The notes below the pieces were generated by a model. The model ran no database searches and had not been told where the DNA came from. It saw only the letters and a list, made by a program, of their open reading frames with translations. The translations under genes were made by a program, and so were the position numbers. A DNA stretch of 64,000 bases from an uncultured Candidatus Bathyarchaeia archaeon (GTDB lineage Archaea; Thermoproteota; Bathyarchaeia; 40CM-2-53-6; CAVXDP01): assembly GCA_964562925.1 (NCBI GenBank), contig CAZLVF010000004.1, positions 1,955 to 65,954 of the forward strand, in the 5' to 3' direction. How positions within the stretch are numbered: position 1 is the stretch's first letter; each line of letters starts with the position of its first letter. Positions 38,858-49,118 of the stretch are shown piece after piece.

Positions 38858-39607
38858 TTGGTAGATCTCAAAAGATTCGTCCAGTCGATTTCTCCGACGA
38901 GACGCGCCTATCTGGAGGACTCATACTCGCAGGCGCTTAATGCCAATGTTCTAAGATTTGCTGAGGAAAAGAACAATGCATACATAGCAGTTGACCAGAC
39001 GATCTTTCATCCAAGATCTGGAGGACAACCATCGGATCGAGGAGCACTAAGAGGATCCTCATTTCGCGTTGACGTTAAGAGAGCGATGCTCTTCAATGAA
39101 GTCATCGTCCACTACGGCAAGGTCGAGGGAAAGCCTGACGCTGGTGCCGTTGTATGCGAGATCGACTGGCCGAACCGATTGCTTCTGATGAGAAGGCATA
39201 CCGCAGCTCACCTACTGGACTATTGCCTCGCAACCCTTCGCAGATTCAATGTCGAGACAACCGACTCGTGGCTTGGTGATCAACCCTACGTTGGATACGC
39301 AGGACCTATCGCCTCTAACCTCGACGTGAAGCAAGTTGAAGAACTTGCGAATAGCTTCATCCGACAAGGCAGGAACGTTAGGGTTGTGGTAGTGAATAGG
39401 ACTGAAGCCGAGCGTCTGATCGTAAATGCACCTAACATCTCAAGGCTTCCCCAGACCGAAGAATTGAGGGTGGTAACAATTGAAGGCCAGCTTCCGATTC
39501 CTTGCGGAGGCACGCACGTGCGAAATCTCAGGGAAATCGAAGTCGTAGAGGTTCGAAGAATAGAACCGACCGAGTCTGGGTTCAGACTATACTTCGAAGT
39601 AAAGTGA
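38858..39607 (+). CDS. AlaX-type alanyl-tRNA editing protein
   Basis: DQTIFHPRSGGQPSDRG, HTAAH and CGGTHV zinc ligands. Confidence 0.9.
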   Translation: MVDLKRFVQSISPTRRAYLEDSYSQALNANVLRFAEEKNNAYIAVDQTIFHPRSGGQPSDRGALRGSSFRVDVKRAMLFNEVIVHYGKVEGKPDAGAVVCEIDWPNRLLLMRRHTAAHLLDYCLATLRRFNVETTDSWLGDQPYVGYAGPIASNLDVKQVEELANSFIRQGRNVRVVVVNRTEAERLIVNAPNISRLPQTEELRVVTIEGQLPIPCGGTHVRNLREIEVVEVRRIEPTESGFRLYFEVK

Positions 39608-39783
39608 TCAAGATATAGTAGAACAGTAAGCCTCGGTTTTTGCAGAGTAGACCACAGCTTATGATGAGAAGATGCCCACCAATTCTTCACGATTGAGAAC
39701 AGCCTGGTCCACGCAGGGAAGAAACCGCCAGGCCAGATAGAGTAGGAAATTCTCATTTTTCCCTTGCTTCGGATCAACCCGCT

Positions 39784-40935
39784 TCACTCGCTTACTCTTG
39801 AGCCAAGAACGAATATGAGACCGGCTACGAGCGCGACAGAAAATATTGAGACCTTGTACGTGCCGGTGGCATCAATCAGGAACCCGAAGACAACAGGCAT
39901 CATCAATGGCCCAATGTTACCGAGTGAGGAGATGAGACCAACAACGCTTCCCACGGAGCCCGAGAGACGCTCGCGCTTCGCCGGCACCGCAAGACTGATT
40001 GTGAGCACACCAATACTCGTGAACCCTGAGAGGAAGATACATAAAAGTAAGAGGGGGAAAGGGACATAGTTTATCCCTATGATTGATATTGCCGCAACTA
40101 TCCCCATCAAGGCTAGAACCGTCTTCCCATTCTGAAACTTGTCTAAGGCTAGACCCATGATAGGTCCAGCAAGAAAGAACCCTAAAGGGAGAAAAGATGC
40201 AATCGCCTTGTCAAGTTCCTTCATCTCCAAGACCTTGGGCATCCAAGTAGCGAGGGTATCATAACTTCCCATCGATGCTATCATCAAGAAAAGCAGAACC
40301 CAGACGTACCTGTCCTTTAGAACCCTTGCGAAGTTCTCGAGCTTGAGCCCAGAGGTGCTTTTCAGACTGCTTCTGGCAAACCCCCACCAGAACGCGCTTA
40401 CAATAGCAGCTACAAAGCTATAGACGAGGAGAACATCCCTCCAAGTCATCATCTCGAGCAAAAGCGGCGTGAGTCCGAGCGCTGCAGCGTTGCCAAGAGC
40501 GAAACCTGAAACATAGACGCCTGTCGAAAGGCCAAGTCTCTTAGGCGACCACTCCTTCACCAAAAGCGGTAGACATGGCAGGACGACGGCTAGCCCTAAC
40601 CCTAGAAAGAACTGGCTTAGGAGCAGCGTGATGTAGCTGGGCGAGAGCGCCCTCAGCAGGGCAGAAGCTGCAGAGATGGGCAACGCTATCTTGAGAGCAT
40701 TTAGATAGCCCGTTCTATCGGCTATAAAACCCCAAGCTATCCTGAAGGTGATGAGACTTATCATTGTGGCTGAGAAGAGAAAGGCGAAGCTGGCGTGAGA
40801 CAAACCCATCTCCTCCATGATCACCGTGACCATCGGCGCTGTAGCGAATAGCTGTAGGTGCAGAAGAAAGGCGATTATGAAGGAGAAAGAGAGCATCCTC
40901 CAACCATATTCACTCGTGTACATAGCCATACGCAC
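39784..40935 (-). CDS. MFS transporter
   Basis: About 12 TM segments, GFIADRTG motif A, LVKEWSP, FGFLIDATG. Confidence 0.88.
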   Translation of the reverse strand: MRMAMYTSEYGWRMLSFSFIIAFLLHLQLFATAPMVTVIMEEMGLSHASFAFLFSATMISLITFRIAWGFIADRTGYLNALKIALPISAASALLRALSPSYITLLLSQFFLGLGLAVVLPCLPLLVKEWSPKRLGLSTGVYVSGFALGNAAALGLTPLLLEMMTWRDVLLVYSFVAAIVSAFWWGFARSSLKSTSGLKLENFARVLKDRYVWVLLFLMIASMGSYDTLATWMPKVLEMKELDKAIASFLPLGFFLAGPIMGLALDKFQNGKTVLALMGIVAAISIIGINYVPFPLLLLCIFLSGFTSIGVLTISLAVPAKRERLSGSVGSVVGLISSLGNIGPLMMPVVFGFLIDATGTYKVSIFSVALVAGLIFVLGSRVSE

Positions 40936-41523
40936 TTCAACCTTCAGAGAGGCTTTAACCGATAGATCGATGCTGACGAGACATCATCCATCATACTGCC
41001 TGACTAGCTTGAAGGACATTTCGCAGCACCAATTGGCAACCGGTCAGAGACTCCAAGGTGTTGCATCGGTATCATAACTGCATACCCGCGGACCAAGTCG
41101 ACCGCCTTCTCGTTCAGACTGGACGTAACTGTTAGGCCTAACCGCGACCATGATGTTAACCCGTCACACCACAAGAGTCTTTCCTGTGACAGGTTTCGAA
41201 GAACCTACTTCTATAGTCAAGAAATCTCATCAAGACCGTCATTCTTGCGAAGATATAAGACGAGAATGCAAGTCACCAGTGTTGCGATTGACACAGACGT
41301 ATATCTAGCTGATCTTTTGAGTTTTCTACAGCAATACTCTTTTCTTTCCTCGTGTCGAAATCTTCAGCGGCAAGCCCGCGCTCCATGGAATGACTTGACA
41401 TACTTGGCCTGCGGTCAGATACCATAGAGCAGCGAATGACGCTTTTGGACAAGATAGCACGGAAAAGTCGCTCCGAAAGTCATATATGGTTACCAAGGAA
41501 TAACCCCCCTATCCAGAGGAAAG

Positions 41524-43161
41524 TTGACTGAGGAAAAGACGCTATTTCTTCGTAGGGCTTCAGGACTCGCGCGAGCATGGAACATTTTTGACGGGTTCAT
41601 CTATTGTATCTATGGAGCTAGCATATTTGGCGCGGCTTCGCTGGCCTACGCACTCTCGTTCCCATGGCCGGACGGGAATATTCCGCTAGCGATAGTTCTA
41701 ACCTGTCTGGGCGTGTATCCATGCGCAATAGTATACGCAATGAATTCGTCCACTATGCCTAGAGTTGGAGGAGACTATATCTGGCAAAGCAGAGTCTTCG
41801 GTGGGTTCTGGGGATACACGCTCTGCTTAGTCGGAATAGGATTTTGGACATGGTTCTTCGTGGCTAGCAACGTCTTGCCGGGAACAGTCGGGTCAGTCTC
41901 ACCCACGTTCTTCGCGCTCGGCATAATGTCCGGAAATCAGGGGATGATAGATTTCGCGAGCTGGCTAACAACCACTGACGGTCTATGGTGGGCATACGTT
42001 GCATTTTGCGTCTGGGCTTTTCTGATAATGGTCGCCGGAATGAAGTGGTACGGTAGAGTTCAACGCTGGTTATTCTACATAGGCTGCCTAGTAGTCGTCA
42101 TATGGGTTGCAATGCTTGCTATTACCACCCATCAAGACTATGTGAATAACTTCAACTGGTTTATGTCCACATACTTCAATTGGGGAGGTGCAAACCCATA
42201 TCAGTACGTGATCGACCAAGCGGTCTCCGCAGGATATAGTCCTGTACCGTTCGATCAGACGAAGTTCATGCCTAGCTGGCAACTCATCCCTGTTATGAGT
42301 TACGTTTTTCCATGGATTATGTGGGCTGGACCTATGGCGGGAGAGATTAGTGGAATCACAGATCTAAAGAAGTCTTTGTGGATGTACGTTGGATCCAACA
42401 CGTTCGGTATGATCGTTTGCGCAGGTACCATGTACGCTACCATTATGATCGTTGGCAACGAGTTCCTCTTCTCAGCGAGCTACATGTGGTTCGCTATGGG
42501 TGGCGCATCGGCTATACCGATGTCTCCGTTCCTCGGCTTTCTCTATCTTACGATGACCCGCAACCCGTTCTTTTGGATAATGACGGTTATAGGTATGAAC
42601 GCATGGTACTGGATATGGCCGACCAACGGCTGGGTCAATACTGTCAGAATGTACTTTGCAATGTCATTTGACAGAGCCCTTCCAGGATGGTTCGGTGCTG
42701 TTGATAAAAGACTTAGAAGCCCATTGAATGCCATTATCTTTTCAACCATCGGAACTGTTGTGATGGGTTGGGTGTATATCTACACGCCATTCTGGAAGTT
42801 CACGCTTGACGCCCTCGTCGGCGCTGGCGCGGTACTAGCTGCTTCGACACTAGCAGGAACTGTTATGCCGTACCGAAAGAGGACAAAGGCATTATGGGAA
42901 GCTTCTCCCGCATCCAAGTACAAGGTTGGCAACGTTCCGGTGATCACTATTGCAGGCATTCTTGGGACAGTGTTCTACTGGATACCGACATTCTTTATGT
43001 GGATCACCGACAGCAGGTATGGTGTTAATGACCCTCTCTCAGCGGTCGTCGTAATAAGCTCGTTCGTGGTGGGGGGAATACTCTACTACGCAATGAAGCT
43101 GTACAGAAAGAGCAGGGGCATTGACCTGAATCTACTGTTTCGCGAAATACCGTACGAATAG
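41524..43161 (+). CDS. APC-family amino acid permease (paralog of 1608-3224)
   Basis: FLRRASGLAR, MPRVGGDYIWQSR, RMYFAMSFDRALP, GIDLNLLFREIPYE. Confidence 0.85.
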   Translation: MTEEKTLFLRRASGLARAWNIFDGFIYCIYGASIFGAASLAYALSFPWPDGNIPLAIVLTCLGVYPCAIVYAMNSSTMPRVGGDYIWQSRVFGGFWGYTLCLVGIGFWTWFFVASNVLPGTVGSVSPTFFALGIMSGNQGMIDFASWLTTTDGLWWAYVAFCVWAFLIMVAGMKWYGRVQRWLFYIGCLVVVIWVAMLAITTHQDYVNNFNWFMSTYFNWGGANPYQYVIDQAVSAGYSPVPFDQTKFMPSWQLIPVMSYVFPWIMWAGPMAGEISGITDLKKSLWMYVGSNTFGMIVCAGTMYATIMIVGNEFLFSASYMWFAMGGASAIPMSPFLGFLYLTMTRNPFFWIMTVIGMNAWYWIWPTNGWVNTVRMYFAMSFDRALPGWFGAVDKRLRSPLNAIIFSTIGTVVMGWVYIYTPFWKFTLDALVGAGAVLAASTLAGTVMPYRKRTKALWEASPASKYKVGNVPVITIAGILGTVFYWIPTFFMWITDSRYGVNDPLSAVVVISSFVVGGILYYAMKLYRKSRGIDLNLLFREIPYE

Positions 43162-43349
43162 AACCCCACCTTTTGTTCTATTATTGGCGCAGACTCTTTG
43201 TCTGTATACGTAGTAGGCCGGAACGCCGATTACGGCGAGTGGAATCAACGTTACTGTGAGAACCACTAGTCCGACAACAACGTGAATAATAGATCGTTGA
43301 GAGTTAAGTGAGAATGATGCTCTTCGGCAATGTCTCAAGAAACGGGTGG

Positions 43350-44364
43350 TTACCCTATGTGATAGTAGAGTTCTCTAGGCCTGAGCTCTTCGAATTCATC
43401 TGTTTGTTGGGCTATGTATCTCCTTACGTCTATGCAGAGATGACATTTTGAAACATAGCCTTGAAGGCGCTCCTTATAGTCAAACTTTGTAACGGCGAAT
43501 TCAAGAAGTCTACTCAAATCGGTTACAAGAGCTTCCAGAATTGGCCGCTCATTCAGATCTATTCCTCGGCACAGCGAGCCTAGCTCTCTGCCGTCCCCTA
43601 AGGAAATGCCAGCGCAATATCCACGCATGTAATTGCAGTAGTTGTCTATGTGTACGTGCCAGCCTCTTGTCAATTCCTCTTCACAAGATTTGCCGAAAAA
43701 TTGCTTTGCTGGATATTTCTTGTACAGGTAGGCAAGGCTCTCTACGGCCCTTCCCATGGGAAGTAGCTCTGTATAGGCTAATCCACTTGGCTCTTTTCGT
43801 AGATACTGTTCGAAAGGCAAAGTGCCGTTGATCTTTAGTTTTCTGAATTGGCGATAGAAAGTCTCTTGGTATACGATTGCGTTCGCGCCGAAAACTTCTC
43901 TACTTATCTTGACGGCTCTTTCTGTCCGTTCGAACGGAATTTGGCCTAATATGAACGGGTTTACACTGATAAGCACGCCATCCAACCGAGTCTCTCAGCT
44001 CCACAAGTTTCCGCCTAGTGATCTTATCATCTGTGCACCAGAAAGAATTGGTCTCGACAAAAGTGGAGGAGATTCTAAGCTCGTCCGCCATTCGAGTAAG
44101 CTTGAGTAAAAGGTCGAAGTTAAGAAATGGCTCGCCACCAGTGAAGTGAAGACCCCAGTTCACGCCGACTCTATTTGGTCCGAAAGGGCTTTCCTGAATT
44201 CTACCCGATAATTCAGTCAGAATTCTCCCCGCATCTTTTTCAGAAATCCAGTCATTCTTCCAACTAGGAGATGAAGCGTACATGCAGTGCTCGCATTCGC
44301 TAGTACACTTGTACGAGAAGAGTATGCCTCCGGAAAAGGGCTTCTCTATGCAAAGATTTTCCAT
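43350..44364 (-). pseudogene. Radical SAM protein split by one frameshift near 43986
   Basis: CTSECEHC, HFTGGEPF and VETN in ORF 43900-44364. The reading continues LRDS/LDGVLISVNPF into ORF 43350-43985, which has a C-terminal SKCHLC. Confidence 0.7.
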
Positions 44365-45112
44365 GCCTGGAATTCTGATCTCAGGAGACTTCTTAAGCTT
44401 AAGGGATGAAATAGCACCGACAGAATTTCAGCGCTGGTTACGTCCTAAGACTCGGTTCGATATTTTGGCGCTATGTCCGAACTTTGCAGTTAGGTCGCGC
44501 AGAAGTAAAGAAGCGGTTAAACGTGTCTCCCCATTACACACATTGAAAACATTAGGGTTCATCAAATATAGCCAGCCTTCAATGTTCTTCTCGATCTCTC
44601 CAGATCTCGAGAGGGTTACTGAACTTGAATTCCGTCAAGTAAAGAAATAAGTAACTGACGGAAGCGTTGTTTGTCCGGATCTGAGGTCAAGGAGATTCAG
44701 ATGCCCTCGCTTAAGATCCTATCCAGACAAGAGATTAACGAGGTCCATCATGCCTCATAGATGCAACATGCTTTGAGCCATTTGACCGAGGAACTATGCC
44801 TATCCAAGGTCAGCGACAGATCCACTAGAAGAACCTAGGCGAGTTTGTCAGCAAAGCTAAGAGAGACATTGCACTAAGTTGAAGACGTCTTTCGTATAGC
44901 GCTCTCTTTTGATTTTGTCATAGCAAACAGAGCGGATCCTAAACAGGCCTTTATAAGCGGGCATGCCGAGTCATCCAAGATAGTAGAATACACCGTACGC
45001 TTAGAGAGAACCTTACAAATCTAGGGGCGCTTGTAGGGGACGTGAGAGAGCGGCCCACGGATCTAGAACTCAAAGGTTTCGGTACTTCTCGTACGCCTCA
45101 GGTGCGCATGCC

Positions 45113-45373
45113 TTGAGTGTGAACGAAATCGTTCAAGAAGAGAATCCTTCACTTCCAAAGATAGTCATCTTGGGGAATCTTTGTAAGGGATGCGGGATAT
45201 GTATCGAGTTCTGCCCTTTCAAGATTTTAAAGACGGGAAGCCGCATGACGAGGAAGGGTATCTTTCCTCCTGAGGTTATCAATCAGAGCAAATGCACAGC
45301 TTGCCGAATCTGCCAGCACTTTTGCCCCGACTTTGCAATATTCATCGTCGGGAGGTCTCAGATTTCGCCTTAG
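45113..45373 (+). CDS. 2-oxoacid:ferredoxin oxidoreductase delta (ferredoxin) subunit
   Basis: CKGCGICIEFCP and CTACRICQHFCPDFAI; first gene of the operon. Confidence 0.88.
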   Translation: MSVNEIVQEENPSLPKIVILGNLCKGCGICIEFCPFKILKTGSRMTRKGIFPPEVINQSKCTACRICQHFCPDFAIFIVGRSQISP

Positions 45374-45393
45374 CAAAACCCGGAAGATACTTT

Positions 45394-46509
45394 ATGCAGG
45401 GAAATGAGGCGTGCGCCCTAGGTGCTGTCGCGGCAGGTTGCCGATTCTTCGCGTTCTACCCCATCACTCCAGCAGGCGAGATTGCCGAGAAGATGTCTCA
45501 TCTTCTCCCAAAGGTCCGAGGCGTCTACATTCAGATGGAGGACGAGATCGCATCCATCGGGAGTGTGATCGGCGCATCGTGGACTGGTTTGAAAGCTATG
45601 ACCGCCACCTCTGGTCCTGGCTTCAGCCTCATGCAGGAGAACATCGGATACGCGGTGATGACCGAGACGCCTTGCGTGATTGTGGATGTGCAGCGGGCAG
45701 GCCCTAGCACCGGAATCGTCTCTGCTCCGATGCAAGGAGATGTAGCTCAAGCCAGACACGGCAGTCACGGCGAGTATGAGATTATCGCTCTTGCACCATC
45801 GTCTGCTCAAGAGATGTTCGACTTAACGATTCGAGCATTCAACCTCTCTGAGCAGTTCCGAACGCCGGTGATCGTGCTCGCCGACGAGACGGTTGGCCAC
45901 ATGCGTGAGGAGGTCATCATTCCCGAGAAAAGGTCGCTCACGATCGTCAATAGAAAGGTTCCATCGAGTAGTGAAGAGGCGTCACGAAGCTTCCTGAGCC
46001 CTTCGGTCGCTCCAATGCCAGCGTTGGGAACGGGCTTCTCAGTTCACGTTACCGGATCCGCACATGACGAATATGGAAAACGAGTATCTGGCTCACCTGA
46101 CGCGATCGACAGGATAGTCAGAACAATCAGTGAAAAGATACAAGTGCACACGGAAAAGATCTCGAACTTTGAGATGGTGATGTTGGACGACGCAGACATA
46201 GCACTCGTCGCGTACGGAAGCTGTTCTAGAACAGCAGAGTTCGTTGTGAAGCGGGCGCATGAGAAAGGAGTGCACCTCGGTCTGCTCAGACTGATCGAGC
46301 TATGGCCCTTCCCTAGAAAGGGTGTGCAGGAAGCGCTGAAGCATGTCGAGAAGATCGTTGTGTTAGAGAATAACCTTGGCCAAGTACTCCCCGAGATTGA
46401 GAGAGCAATGGCAGGCCATGCAGAGATAACGTTTCTCCCTCCCGAAACGATCGGAACCCTGCACAGACCCGACTATGTTTTAGAGCATGTGATGAAGGTC
46501 GCCATGTAG
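45394..46509 (+). CDS. 2-oxoacid:ferredoxin oxidoreductase alpha subunit (KorA-like; start uncertain)
   Basis: MQGNEA, YPITP, QMEDEIAS, TATSGPGFSLMQE, QRAGPSTG. Confidence 0.9.
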   Translation: MQGNEACALGAVAAGCRFFAFYPITPAGEIAEKMSHLLPKVRGVYIQMEDEIASIGSVIGASWTGLKAMTATSGPGFSLMQENIGYAVMTETPCVIVDVQRAGPSTGIVSAPMQGDVAQARHGSHGEYEIIALAPSSAQEMFDLTIRAFNLSEQFRTPVIVLADETVGHMREEVIIPEKRSLTIVNRKVPSSSEEASRSFLSPSVAPMPALGTGFSVHVTGSAHDEYGKRVSGSPDAIDRIVRTISEKIQVHTEKISNFEMVMLDDADIALVAYGSCSRTAEFVVKRAHEKGVHLGLLRLIELWPFPRKGVQEALKHVEKIVVLENNLGQVLPEIERAMAGHAEITFLPPETIGTLHRPDYVLEHVMKVAM

Positions 46510-46511
46510 TC

Positions 46512-47348
46512 TTGCCAACTCATCAGTCGCACCCATTGGCCAAGTACCTGCGTCCCGGCGCCCAGCCGCACTTGCATTGCTCAGGCTGTGGCAACGGAAT
46601 CATTGCACAATGCTTTCTTAGAGCCGTCGACGAAGCCGAGATCCCGACGAGAAAGATTGTTTGCGTCGCGGGAATTGGATGCAGCGGTTGGATTCCCAGC
46701 CCCTTGTTCAACATGGATACGCTTCATGTGACTCATGGCAGACCGATCGCTTTCGCTACCGGCGTTAAGCTCAGCAACCCAAGTTTAGAGGTTGTAGTCT
46801 TTACGGGCAACGGAGACTGCTCCGCAATCGGAGGTAATCACCTCATACATGCTGCTCGTAGAAACATCGGGATCAAAGTGATCTGCGTCAACAACATGAT
46901 CTATGGCATGACAGGTGGAGAGGTAGCTCCCACGACACCCCGAGGGATCAAAACAACGACTACTCCCTTTGGCAACTTGGAGAGGCCATTCGACCTTTCG
47001 AGACTGGTCGCGGCGGCTGGAGGAACCTACGTTGTAAGATGGACCACGTACCATGTCGCCGGACTAGTTGCCTCGATGAAGAAGGCTTTGAAGAGGAGAG
47101 GCTTCGCTTTTGTTGAGGTCATATCACAGTGCCCCATCCACTACGGGCGTAGGGCAGGGTTCTCAAATCCGGTCGACATGATGAGGTGGTTTCAGAAGCA
47201 ATCTGTCACAATTGAGCGGGCAAGTGAAATGAGCGAACAAGAGCTTTCCGGAAAATTTGTTGTGGGAGAGTTCGTAAACATCGAGGCGCCGGAGCTGACC
47301 GGGCTATACGCAGAGCTATTTGAGGCAACCAATCGTGAGTCGAACTGA
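46512..47348 (+). CDS. 2-oxoacid:ferredoxin oxidoreductase beta subunit (KorB-like)
   Basis: CSGCG, GIGCS, THGR, G-N-GD..IGGNH..ARRN, NNMIYGMTGG. Confidence 0.9.
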   Translation: MPTHQSHPLAKYLRPGAQPHLHCSGCGNGIIAQCFLRAVDEAEIPTRKIVCVAGIGCSGWIPSPLFNMDTLHVTHGRPIAFATGVKLSNPSLEVVVFTGNGDCSAIGGNHLIHAARRNIGIKVICVNNMIYGMTGGEVAPTTPRGIKTTTTPFGNLERPFDLSRLVAAAGGTYVVRWTTYHVAGLVASMKKALKRRGFAFVEVISQCPIHYGRRAGFSNPVDMMRWFQKQSVTIERASEMSEQELSGKFVVGEFVNIEAPELTGLYAELFEATNRESN

Positions 47349-47904
47349 AGTCAGGCTCGCAGGGTTCGGCGGCCAAGGCTTGATCCTAGCCGGAATCCTA
47401 CTAGGCCACGCTGCAGCTGCTCATGAAGGGAAGAAGGCTGTTCAGACCCAGTCCTATGGATCAGAGACTAGAGGGGGAGCAGCTCGCTCAGAGGTCGTAA
47501 TCTCAAATGAGAGGATAGACTATCCCAAGGTGATTTCGGCTGACATCACAATTACAATGTCGCAAGAAGCGTTTGACATGTACGCAAGTGATATACGGCC
47601 CGGACGCAAGCTGTTCATTGATGCCGACTTGGTCTCCAGCGTGCCAGCCGACCTTGAAAGCGTGCTTTGTCGAATTCCGGCGACAAAGATAGCGGCGGAG
47701 GAGCTGAAGAAGACGCTGGTTGCCAACATGGTCATGCTTGGGGCGGTGGTCGCAGTAACCAAGGTAGTTGAACTTGCCAGCTTGGAGAAGAGTATCAGGG
47801 AACTGGCTCCCAAAGGATCGATCGACCTGAACATACGAGCCTTGGAGCGAGGGTTCGAGTGGGCAAATGCGCATCTTAGAAGCGAAATGGGTCGAGGTGG
47901 ATGA
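47335..47904 (+). CDS. 2-oxoacid:ferredoxin oxidoreductase gamma subunit
   Basis: AGFGGQG, TQSYGSETRGG, NMVMLGA, N.RALE.G. Confidence 0.9.
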   Translation: MSRTEVRLAGFGGQGLILAGILLGHAAAAHEGKKAVQTQSYGSETRGGAARSEVVISNERIDYPKVISADITITMSQEAFDMYASDIRPGRKLFIDADLVSSVPADLESVLCRIPATKIAAEELKKTLVANMVMLGAVVAVTKVVELASLEKSIRELAPKGSIDLNIRALERGFEWANAHLRSEMGRGG

Positions 47905-48445
47905 TAGCGCCTGCGTCCTCAGCGGCGATCGGTCTTATAGTCCGCTTCGGCGGCTTACGGTGTAGAACTTCGTAAGTTAGTTTCTGCTAGAGTCAAAGGC
48001 CAGACCGCTATAGCGTTTCCTAGATGAAATCGGGTCGCTAGTTCACGACTCAAGGGTGTAGATATCATTCGACTTGTCTTTTTTGACTGAGCTCTCAACA
48101 AGAGAGCTCGACAGGATTGCGAGTGAAATACTGCTTTAATAGTCCGTTTACGTATCTTTCAAGATAGATGATGTGGACTGACCTGCATGGAAGAGCTCCT
48201 CAGCTCAGATGTCATGATGTACCTCCACTGAATCTTCGTCCTTGTTTCGCGTCAAGACACCGCTAAGATGCGCTTGGTTTTGTATTTCTGAAGTTTACCT
48301 GCCAAAGGTTATCGAGAGGATATTGCCAGATTTCTGAATATTTGAGCATGAATCTCTGCAGATGTCGTGTTTAGATTTGACGTGTTTTTCACGAATTCAT
48401 TTATATCCAGCGCCTTCTGATAAACGGACTTCAAGAGGGGATCCC

Positions 48446-49114
48446 ATGCCGAGTTCGCGGCTACTCTCTCTCGTTATGATATGGATAGCGCTTCCGGAAT
48501 GGCTTTCCCACCTTCTACACAGAGAAAGACCCCCTCAACAAGACCTAGCCAAACCAGACAGGAACAGAAAGGCGAGTAACCCGATCGCAGACGTCGATAT
48601 GGCAATGGAGGAGTTGAGACTATACTCCTTTGAGAGAGAGATTCTCAGCGCGGCGTTGACCGCAATCTATGAAGCTGAAGTCAAGGGCATTCTGAAAGTT
48701 GAGGAGAGGGATAGACTCTCTGAACGATACAAGAGAGACCTTCAGATTCTGGATGAAAGAATTGAAGAGAGGCGTAGAGTGACCGATTTCGTGAATCTAC
48801 AGAAAGAGAAGAGGGAGCTGCAAGAAGAGTTCTCTCAAAAGATTTCTGAGGTTGACAGAAAGATTGAGGAGTTGAGATCTCTCATCGGATCACTACCTCA
48901 ACCGGAACCTTACATATCTAGTAGACAACTGAACTCATCAGAAAAGGTGACGCATTCCTCCGAACAGTACAAAGAAACCGAGGATACTTCACCAGGACAG
49001 AAGCTTGTGACATCGAATAGAATGCGAACAAGAACAGATGAGAAGATCGAGACCATAAGAGAAGAGGTTCTTAAAGCCATAGAGAGACTGGAGCAGATAG
49101 AGTCGGAGGGCTGA
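48446..49114 (+). CDS. Hypothetical coiled-coil protein
   Basis: Long charged heptad region and a C-terminal helix IREEVLKAIERLEQIE. TATA-like TTTATAT near 48400 supports the ATG at 48446. Confidence 0.65.
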   Translation: MPSSRLLSLVMIWIALPEWLSHLLHRERPPQQDLAKPDRNRKASNPIADVDMAMEELRLYSFEREILSAALTAIYEAEVKGILKVEERDRLSERYKRDLQILDERIEERRRVTDFVNLQKEKRELQEEFSQKISEVDRKIEELRSLIGSLPQPEPYISSRQLNSSEKVTHSSEQYKETEDTSPGQKLVTSNRMRTRTDEKIETIREEVLKAIERLEQIESEG

Positions 49115-49118
49115 GACG

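Noticed and set aside
43132..43338. 68-aa ORF with one hydrophobic stretch
   Set aside because: It overlaps the APC 3' end and terminator and has no family signal. At most a gene remnant.
45020..45100. TPP riboswitch upstream of a ThDP-enzyme operon (AGGGGCGC...TGAGA...CCC...GAAC)
   Set aside because: It lacks the conserved CUGAU, P5 loop and GCG.AGGGA elements. Kept only as a generic structured-leader candidate.
45292..45393. N-terminal extension of the oxidoreductase alpha subunit
   Set aside because: It overlaps the delta gene in another frame; recognisable sequence begins near MQGNEA.
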